The position numbers and the translations under genes were made by a program. From Sphaerodactylus townsendi (Eukaryota), in the NCBI RefSeq assembly GCF_021028975.2, contig NC_059435.1, forward strand, positions 61,752,001 through 61,816,000: a stretch of DNA of 64,000 nucleotides. Direction: 5' to 3'. Each line of letters starts with the position of its first letter. The first letter of the stretch is position 1. Of the stretch, positions 26,915-36,814 are shown piece by piece. The notes beneath the pieces were generated by a model. It saw nothing but the letters and a program-made list of their open reading frames with translations. It made no database searches and was not told the DNA's origin.

Positions 26915-27769
26915 AAATTCAACCTTCATGGAAAACGGTGGCCTTGTTAATAAGTGGAGTAAATAAACAGAAATCTGTTTGTATGGATACAAAAATAGAA
27001 CTTGAAAGAATTGCTGTAATGGCCATGTAATTGCCACCAGGTATGCAGGTCATGAGATAATGAACAGTTCTTACAAAACCATTCAGCAATCTCAATTACA
27101 TGCATTTTTGGAAGTCTAATGCTTAACTCAATCCACACAGCAGGACCTTGTATCCTAGTCACCAATTTAAGAAGTCACAAACCATGGAACATTTCACTAA
27201 TGTGTACATGTGTGAAATGAAAGAAGATAGTTTGATCATGGCCATTGTTGGAATCATTACCCATCTGCTTATTATTGTAACCAGTGGAGCAAAACTACAT
27301 GGGATAAGGCCCGTATTAATTATTTAATATGGTGTGAATGGATGCTTACAAAAAAAATCACATGCATGCCACATTTCAGAATATTATATTTTGTTAGGTT
27401 ATACAAGTTAATGCCAGCATAAATGGTACATATAAAAAAAGTAAAATAAATCATAGCCTATTTAGCCATTCTCCTGCTTAGCATATGTTTGCAGGAATTT
27501 ATTAACAACTATTTGCTCTAAACTACACATATTTAATGAATAAAACATTTACAAGAATAGTCTGATTCCTAGCATCCTAACCCACTACACACTGCTTGAG
27601 GAGATCTTTTTTTAAATAAAAACAATCTCCACAAGTATGTGCCGACACTGTAATGTGCTATATTTTTTATCTAGTCCTTTTTTGAGGAGATCAGGACCAC
27701 AGGCACGGCTCTTCCTTTCCCTCATTTTACCATCATAATGGAATTACACTCAAGTAGAGGGAGCTGGGT

Positions 27770-28110
27770 GTTCTTGGGTGCTCCATGCCACATGCTATGG
27801 GGATGGGGAGTAAATAGCCATTGTGGCGATGTGGCAACATCACTTCTGGCACAAACCTGGAAGTGACATCATCACGGCAGCACAATGCTGTGATCCACTC
27901 ATACTTTTGAGAAGAAAACTACGGAGTCATACTTTTGAGAAGAAAACTACAGAGTAGAATCCTAGCAAACCATGCCAACATGATGACACCACTTCCAGGG
28001 TTGGGCTGAAAGTGATGTCATGGTGTTGTTGTAATTCTTATTTTCCCTCATTTGCATGTCCCTGCCCTCAACCCCCCCACTAGTTGCCAACAATCAGTGG
28101 GCAACCCTAA
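27770..28110. mobile_element. Degraded hAT-like element (ggaagtgacatca internal palindrome)
   Basis: Internal inverted cacttc/gaagtg blocks; ends ggcaacccta; similar to 48607-48790. Confidence 0.45.
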
Positions 28111-28580
28111 CCAGAAATGATGGCTTTGACAAACTATTTTGGATTTCTTGTTACACCATCTGACAATATCCAAACGGCCTTCATGTTACTGAAAGCTTCA
28201 GTGGGCTTCTGCAACTGCCACAACTCGTGGCTGTGGTAGAAAAATTGCTTGTGATAGCAGAAGTTCAGAGGCCAGTAGCTGACTAGGCTGTAAACTGGGA
28301 ATCCATTGGTGATAAAACTAGCAACCATTCTAGTAGCAGGTACAACAGAAGGGCAAAGGCTTTGGTCCAGATGCTGACAGGTGAAGAGAAATTCCGTAGG
28401 ATCATTCAACACATTTTCCCGCATATGCAACATAACCACTTTGTCAAAATGCTCATAACAAGCTGAACTAAAGCTTGGTAAGTAGATCAGCAATGAACTA
28501 CTGACTTGCAAAATGCAGTATGTCTGCTGGTTATACAGAGCAAGAGACTCTGCACTTTTAAATCAGCTAAGTATTCTTAC

Positions 28581-28623
28581 CGGTAAAACTCAGCCAGAAA
28601 CAAATCCCAGCCAATAGACATCA
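28581..28623 (-). CDS. Candidate coding exon 3 (43 bp; LMSIGWDLFLAEFYR) of an unidentified gene
   Basis: Strong polypyrimidine tract tttttcattttcttttctcataag| and donor CCG|gtaaga; only one open frame, and it is the frame required by exon 36683-36814. Confidence 0.6.
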
Positions 28624-31600
28624 CTTATGAGAAAAGAAAATGAAAAATACAATGTAATATTCTATTGTAGCTCTGCGTTGATGGTTCTGAGTTAGTAATT
28701 TAAGGACATACTTAAAACAAAACAAAAAAGATCCCAAAAAGGTCTCTCCATCACAATTCACAGTAAAGTTAGTTATGGGAAGTGCAGTTTTATACCCCAA
28801 ATAATAAACCCCAGTACTGTTTGTTCGAAAAGCTCCTTTAGAATAGTGCAGATGGAGGGACAGCTAAAATGGAGAGATAGTAGTTTAAGGCTATCTAGTT
28901 GATTTATGGAAGGGTTGAGATTTGAACTAAGACATCCTGATAGTTAGCTGATTCACTTAGACACTGTGCTACTGTAGTTCTTACAAGTATATGCTTTCTG
29001 CAATATTTGTACATTTTTGGCATTATGAAGTGCACCATTAGTAAAGAAACTGTCTTAAATAATGGAACTCTGACCACACACCCAAATTTATCCTTTAAAG
29101 AAAATAGCTTACTTGTGAAAAAAATATACCAGGAACTGAAACATGCTGAAATTAGAGTTTGCTCTTTGCCACTTCTAGAAAGAATTTATTGTTCATCAGA
29201 CTGAAGAATACCTTTAGCAGGGTCTATTCTTTGCTGACAAGACATTTACTTGTGAGTAGCTAGCTAGGACAGCTTGAATGTGGGAACACGAGAGAATGAT
29301 ATAAATTAACATTTTCCTCCAGTGCTGCTGTTAAATTATATAGTTTAAGATGCATTGTGACTGTTGTTATTTATTTGGTACTATTATTTTTTGTGGCTAG
29401 AAACCTAAAGAATGCTTCTTAGAGATCTCTTGTCAATAACTGATCAAATCTAGAAAGAGATGTTCTTTCTTTTTCTTTTATAGTGCCATGTTAAGGATAG
29501 GTTATTTGGAACTTCCACGGATTTAACCTGTAACTGGGGGGAAAAAATCCAAACATCCATTTTTGAAATAACTTGTTATACAATACCTCAACACAGAGTC
29601 AGAACAATGTCCCACTGAATGTATTTATACCTTATGGCTTCAGGCTGTGCTTCCCCTTTGATCTGTGAAACTTGAATCCTGCAGTTGACTGGCAGTAAAA
29701 TATACCTCTTATCTGATTAAAACTGGTCTTGTGTCATATGATTCTATTAGTTGCATTTAAACATCCGCCAGTTGGGTTCATTTCCTGATTGACAGTCTCA
29801 AGTGAAGAGCCAATTGTTCGGTGAACTGCTTGGTGTGCCTTGATGAATTCTGATGTGCTCATTGGCATTATTATTAATGTCTTCATACATAATTATACTT
29901 TCTGCCATATATAAGCATACTTTCTGTCAAAGTATAATCAAAATCAACTTGAGATTTGAGTTTAGACTTACTACTTGGAAGTCTCTGTGTGCCTCCAGCG
30001 TCCACCTGTGAACCTAATCAGTCTTGTGATTAGCTACGGCGCATAGTTCTTGAATAACTGCCAATGGCTGTGCAGTCACACAAATATGACAATATAATTT
30101 CGAGGATACTGGCCACTTAAAAGGATGAATCTGTGTGTCCAGCTGCAATGCAGGGACAATCTGCAAGCAATTAGACCAGTTATTCAATTTAATAACTAGA
30201 TCAACATGATACCCAGAGATTCTGATTCTTTGCTTGGAAATAAGAGGATTTGGTGTGTGTTTCTAAACTGGGCAAAAACTGCAACAACCAAGTTGTTGAA
30301 TTAATTTTTTCACAAAGAAAATGTTCATAAAGCAGCAGCATTGGTGTGAAAGCCCTTCCAGAATTTACAGAAATTCCATGAAAAAAAATTGGGGGTGGGG
30401 GGGGAGTATCCACATTACATAAATCATATATGAAGTGCCCTGGTCAGGTGGTATATGTAGCCAAATGGCATTTCAGAAGAGATGGTTTGCATTCCAGAAC
30501 GATTAATCTCTGCAAGCTATGGATGTGGTAAAACTTTCTCCTTCCTATTGGATAGCATGTCAGAGTTTAACTCCTCCTTATTTTATTTATTTTTATCTTA
30601 TTTGTTGGATTTGTATCCTGCCCGATCCCTGCAGGGCTCAGGGTGGGTCACAGTATAAAATCATGGTCAAGTGAGCTGGGATCTGGGCCAACGAGATGAA
30701 TTCTATCTCCCTGGCTAGAGCAGAGGGGCTCAGAGAGGCTCATTTTGCCAAAATAGTTAAGTCAGACACAACTGCCACCACTCATTAATACCAAATGATG
30801 CACATAACACAGAAAGTACAGCCTAGGGTGACTCATTTAAGCCAAATGGAATTTAAATATGCCCACATTTCAGTGCTGATTAGAGTATTTTCAGACTACC
30901 GCTTGCAAAAAGTCACTGTTTTTAACTGAGATCAAACGGCAGTTGGGAAGGGAGGATTACATTCTTTGGGTACCGCTATCTTGAAAGTTGTCAGTAGCTC
31001 AATCTATAAAAATGGGCACAATGTTGCAAATTCAACAAAAACAAGTTACAACAGGGAAAGAAGGAAGATAGCTGAGGCTGACATCATGGACAAAGCACCA
31101 CAGTTAATATAAAACAGTAAATTTATAAAATGGCATTTCCAACTTTAACCCGCAGCCGTCTGCGATTAAAATAAATGCAAATTCACAGCCCCCATCTGAT
31201 ATCTTTCTGCTGTTTAAAATTCTAAGACAGCCCTTTCTAATCCAATACCGTTTTTCCCACTCAGTGTTTCAGAAGCTGTCTTTCATGATTTCTAATCAAA
31301 GTTGATGATAACCAGTTTTGGCAACAGATTGCAGTATCCCAACTGAGTAATTAAGCCAAGAAATGTGTTCACTTCTACCTAGAACTCTTGGCCCATTTTG
31401 TAGTCTTAGCATCTCTAGACATAGCCAAAAAGGGATTGATGGATTTTATAATCTGGTCAACGCCCTTAATATAGTTAATGAATGGATGTCAGAGGTCTAC
31501 AGTGTTTGCATGCTTTAGAAACCAGAAAGATACATGACAAAGATAAATGGCAACATTGGTTAAAAAAACCCACACAGATTATTTGGCTGCGGCAGTTTAT

Positions 31601-32031
31601 AAGAGCATACAATGGAACCTTTGACTCACAACCAACTTATGATTGATTGAAAATTAGACCTACAATGAAAACAGTGACACGACAAAAATAAAAAAAATAA
31701 ATTCAATTCGGCTCACTTCAACATATTCTTTAAATGAAAAAGGTAAATCACAGCAAAACAACATTATGGGGAAAAACAATATTGATTTGGAAAGGAACAA
31801 ACTATAAGATAGCCAGAGTCAAATATAAAGGAAATTCATCACTGGAGGAAAGGAAGTGGGAGGATAAAACTCATCATAGAAAGGAGAGGAGCGGGCTTAG
31901 ATATTTTTGTTTTAGGATGACAGAACCACTGTGATGTTAAAATAAAGTATTGCCATGAATTCTACCAGTTCCCAGAACAGAGTTCATCATGTGGGGAGGG
32001 GGCGGAAAATCACCCCCCACACACATATCTA

Positions 32032-32314
32032 GGCTAGTTTGGGCACGATCCTTTACCTGGGAGTAAGCTCGGTTGCTGGCAATGGGGCTTGCTTCTGAGT
32101 AAACCCTCCTAGGGTTGTGATTCACCCATTCAAAGCGTTGCACGGTTTCTTCACCAAGCTTACTCCTGAGTAACATGTGCCTTGGAGCCAACCGTTTTTT
32201 CTAAACTAAAACCTCAGTATTCAGGTTAAACTGCCGTGTTGGCACTTTGCGATAAATAAGTGGGTTTTGGGTTGCAATTTGGGCACTCGGTCTTGAAAAG
32301 GTTCGCCATCCCTG
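32032..32314. mobile_element. Terminal fragment of a hAT/Charlie element (OC1-like TIR) containing a captured short palindromic MITE
   Basis: Ends ggcactcggtcttgaaaaggttcgccatccctg (reverse complement cagggatggcgaacct). Confidence 0.65.
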
Positions 32315-35300
32315 ATATATACCATTAACTATAAAGATCAACCTTCAGATAGACAGTTGTGTGTAGGCTTGCACCAATGGAGCTACAGAAATATACATTA
32401 CTTAAACTCACTAAGCATTTGCAATATGAACATATGAAATGACCTTAATGATAAGTCACGCTATTTTGGCCCACTTGGGTTGGTATTATCAATCTTAACT
32501 GGCAGCCACTCTACAAGGTCCCAAGCAGAGACCATTTAGCTGGTGGCACCAGGATTTGCAAAGTATACATTTCATCGCAGAACTGTGTCATCTCCTGGTT
32601 ATCCTACTGCAGCCTGTTGTAATCTTATTACAATAGCTTTTTGTTGTGACATGATAAATTACATGTCACCAAAGTATGACCCAAGTAAAGCTTCTCATAT
32701 CTTGGTGAACTTAGGAAATTGTAGACTATAAGGCATCCTGACTAACATTAAGTAAGAAATTATTCATTTAGATTTAATCCAGGTTGGTACCCAATTTTTT
32801 CTTAGTTCTATGACTTGAGTCTAGCACCTACACTTGATAACCTGACAGAGACCCAGAACCTTCCTAAGACAGAACTGTGTAGGCATCACCAATTTAGCCA
32901 CTGATCAGCTAATTGAGCTGTTCATTATTAAACACGTCAGCTTTTCTGTTAGAAGACTTAAACTGTTTATTTTCATAAGATATGCATCCCCCTAATATTC
33001 AGGTTTTCAGTTAAAGGTAATTGAGGTACGACTCGGAAGTGTAAATAATAATTAGAAAAATAATGTGAACCAGGTATAGCAAACAAGCATTTTTTAGGGT
33101 GGTGGGTTGGGAATCCATGGAAAGAGTCATTAAGAGCAAACCAAATTTGACTTCCATGAGTGAGCTCTTAGGCAAAGATTTATGCTGCACTCCCCTCCCC
33201 AATAAGCATTGCAGATTCTCAAAATAAACCATCACAACTGCTTTTATTTTTACACACCTCCCTGTTCTTGAAAATGGCTAACGTCAGCAGTAACGAAAAG
33301 CAGCAGTCCCTGGAGTGACATAATTATATTCTCAACTTTAAAAAAAAACACCTAACGCTTTAATTGTTACTGTGAAAAGTGTGCCTACAAGTCAAACAAA
33401 TACAGGAGGAAGGAAAAGAAATCGATGCTATTAGCTTAACAGCCCCCTGCAAGCAAATGATGGCAGATTCAGATAATCGGCTGATTAAAACCAGACGATT
33501 CAAATGAACGAAACACCATCTGAGCTTCCTGAAATGGCTAAGTTAAGACCAAAGTAAGTGGGAACCTTTTCAGAGAGTGGTGCTGTTCAGATTCCAATGG
33601 CTACCATGCTACTGAGGCCAGGCATAAAGTAGGATTAAGGGGAAATTGAGGCAGTTATTTATTTATTTGTATTTATTTTAGTAGATGTAATATGCCGCCC
33701 CTCCCTTTCCAGGCTTGGGGCAGCTCACAGCACTTCATGTGACAACATTGAACAATTAAACTATTAAACCATTGCAACAAATTACAACCTGTTCACACAC
33801 ACCCAGCATAACCTACCTCACAAGGGTGTTATGAGGATGCTGCAAGCCACTTTGGGGGGGAAAGCAGGGTACACATGTGAATTATTCTGTTTTAATTCTG
33901 TAGCTCTGTGGCATTAAATTAGTTGCATAGAGTAGGTGATGTGCTGGTTTTTAGGTTTGATATTTTAATAGCTCTTTGTTTGCTGTGGAGTTTGGGGGTA
34001 GAATTTTGATACTTAGGGGCCTTTTGTATAATTCAGCGAACCACACTGAGAATGTTTGCGTTGAAGGGCATTGGATTGCCAGAAAGACTGTAGGTGGGTA
34101 TACGGGTGGCCATGATTCTGACGGCACAGTCACTTCACTTTGAGTAAAAAACTGGAGGTGACTACAAGTAGCTCTACAAAATGCTGGAAACTCTATGGTA
34201 AAACCCCATGGGACTCCTAGAAGGGCTTGACAGATTCCTTTTTTAACCAGAAATGAAAACAATTTCAGAAGAAGGCCATTTAATGTAATTACAATCAAAC
34301 GGTGGCAAATAAAACACTGTGTAAGTAGGCGATTGCGTGACAATAATGCAACTATGGAGCATTCTGCAGGTTTTACTTGTAGCACCAAACTTTGCTTCAC
34401 AATATGAATGCATGCAACAGTACATCATTGTAAATCAATAGATTACATTCACAATCAAAGTTGCTTTCATGAGCTATTAGACAATGAGCTGGGGCTTTCT
34501 CTTGATGAGTACATGTTGCATTAATCATCACATACCTACAGAGACACTAAAGTACACCATTGTATATCAAGCTTGTCAAAATGCAAGAGTTATTTGGTCA
34601 GAAAAAGATCTGACTGCATGAATCACTTCGCTGCTCATTCATCACTGAGCAGGTTTTACTTTCTTGAAGGATAATGAGTAGGGTTGTGTTTTTTTCTTTA
34701 AGTAAGTGAGATGTAGGTGTAATGATTCTGCATGAGCAAGATTTGTAATTTCTCAAGGAAGAGCTTGTCTTTCTGATTCTGTTTTGATGAAACTCTTTTG
34801 CACTTCAGAGAATATTTGCATTAAATTACATCTGGGACATTATCACTTAGGAAACCAGCTAATATCCAGGTGGCTGTCACCTGGTGACATCAAATGCTAG
34901 CGTTTCATTTTTATTCCTTGCAAATCTTGGGTCCCTTTCTGATCTGCATTTCTCATGTTTAAACATAAAAAAACAGACCTGCAAATTTGAATGGGTGTGC
35001 AAACCCTGTATCTTAAATCAGGTTCCTACCTATACACCATTGGCCTACGGTCCAGACTCAGAAAAAAAATATCAATCAAGGAAAATCCACTGATAAATGA
35101 AACAAGTTTTTGTATATATTTGCATTAATACCCAATTCCTAAACCACAGAACTTTACATATTTCTGCATTAAAGCCCAAAAGTCAATGTGTGTTTTCTAC
35201 TGGCTGTTGTGGGGTTTCTGAGCTATGTGCCTTGGTCTCTCTGCCAAAGATCACAAGTCACAGAACCCTCAACGGAATCAATGTTATCCAACACTGCTTT

Positions 35301-35342
35301 AATATAATGTCTTAAAGTCTACTTAAGGATAAAAATCTAGCT

Positions 35343-35543
35343 TAGGGTTGCCAACCTCCTGGGGGGCAGGGGCGGGATGGAGGCCTCCTTAAATTACAAC
35401 TGACCTCCAGAAGATAGAGATTTGTTCCCCTGGAGAAAATGGCTACTTTGGAGACTGGACTTTATGGTCCCTCCATCCCCTGCCATCCTCTGGTTCTATC
35501 CCCAAATCTTCAGGAATTTTCCAAGCCAGAGTTAGCAACCCTA
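35343..35543. mobile_element. hAT (Blackjack-like) non-autonomous element
   Basis: TIR tagggttgcc/agcaacccta; perfect 8-bp TSD atctagct. Confidence 0.85.
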
Positions 35544-35555
35544 ATCTAGCTAGGT

Positions 35556-35690
35556 CATAGGTGTCAAACTCGTGGCCCTCCAGATGTTATGGACTACAGT
35601 TCCCATCACCCCCTGCCAGCATGATGCTGGCAGGGGATGATGGGAACTATAGTTCATAACATCTGGAGGGCCGCGAGTTCGACATCTGTG
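35556..35690. mobile_element. hAT palindromic MITE
   Basis: Same family as 13910; TSD agctaggt/agctagat. Confidence 0.9.
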
Positions 35691-35793
35691 AGCTAGATCA
35701 AAGCAGTTTCCAATACATATCAGAGATTTTTCAAGTTTACTGACCTAATAAGGAGCTGAATTGTTTATAAAGGACCTAGAAAGCAAGTAATCA

Positions 35794-35970
35794 TGGATGG
35801 CCCAGAGTAGCCTGATCTTGCCAGATCTCAGAAGCTAAGCAGGGCCAGCCCTGGTCAATAATCAGATGAGTTATTGTGCAGAGGAAGGCAATTGCAAACC
35901 ACCTCTGTTAGTCTCCTGCCTTGAAAACCCTGCAGGGTGTCTGTATGCTGGCTGCAACTAAACAGCACTT
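35794..35970 (+). mobile_element. 5S-derived SINE
   Basis: gcctgatcttgccagatctcagaagctaagcagggcc matches 5S rRNA; RTE-type tail ccttgaaaaccc. Confidence 0.75.
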
Positions 35971-36062
35971 CATATACATGGTTAGCAAGAACCATTCCAC
36001 AAACTGTTTTCCTTTATCTGGCAAGATCAATTCCTGCCAGCAGCAGAGGGGGAGGCGGTTCT

Positions 36063-36440
36063 AACCATCAAGTCACAGCTAACTTATGGTGAACCCATAG
36101 AGCCGTGGTGGCGAACCTTTGGCACTCCAGATGTTATGGACTAAAATTTCATAATTGGAAATGGGAATTGTAGTCCATAACATCTGGAGTGCCAAAGGTT
36201 CGCCACCACTGCCATAGAGTTTTCAAGGCAAGAGATGTTTGGAAGTGGTTTGCCATTTCCTGCCTTCACATCACCCTGGTTTTCCTTAGAGCTAGTCTTT
36301 CATCATATTAGCCAAGATCGAGGCTGAGAATGTGTGACTGGGCCAAGATCACCCAGCATGCCTCCACATTGCAAATGGAGGTTTGAACCTGGATTTTCCG
36401 GGTTCTAGTCCATCACCTCAACCATTACACTACACTGGCA
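36063..36440 (-). mobile_element. Composite tRNA/5S/RTE-tail SINE interrupted by a hAT MITE
   Basis: Same organisation as 997-1228. Confidence 0.7.
36103..36211. mobile_element. hAT MITE
   Basis: TIR ccgtggtggcgaacctttggcactccag / ctggagtgccaaaggttcgccaccactg; perfect TSD ccatagag. Confidence 0.9.
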
Positions 36441-36682
36441 GAGAGCTACTATACTTTCTCTCACCAAAAGATAGAAGCTCAATTGTAACCAAATACCCCA
36501 CTTCTTCCTGTTGAATCCTCTGCTTGTAGGTCTGTTCATGAAGGTCACAGTTGAGATTCTATCATTCAGTGAGACAAGGTATAGAAGGTAAAACAGATCG
36601 GAATAAAGTTATGACATCTTTTTCCAAGGCAGAAATGAGGGAGAAATGTATTAAAAATAAGCAGTATTGGAATGTCACATAC

Positions 36683-36814
36683 ATGGACTATTCCCACCAT
36701 ATTCCCACCATATTCCCATAGTCAGCACATATGCGGGAACCAAGGACAGAGCACATGTGAGGTGGATCGTGAACACAAGCCACGAGCGAGCCAGTCCTGA
36801 GAAAACGGTGATGT
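36683..36814 (-). CDS. Candidate coding exon 2 (132 bp; ITVFSGLARSWLVFTIHLTCALSLVPAYVLTMGIWWEYGGNSP), likely transmembrane segment
   Basis: Acceptor tatgttctctatttcag|, donor CAT|gtatgt; single open frame, phase 1-1, locally raised GC/CpG; ~26-aa hydrophobic stretch. Confidence 0.65.

Noticed and set aside
23937-27154. Possible downstream exons (27075-27154, strong acceptor at ~25843, 23937-23956)
   Set aside because: Each lacks either a good acceptor or a good donor, or is too short to judge; cannot choose without RNA or homology data
35794-35870. 5S rRNA gene or tRNA genes
   Set aside because: Partial, diverged and fused to retroposon tails: SINE heads, not functional RNA genes
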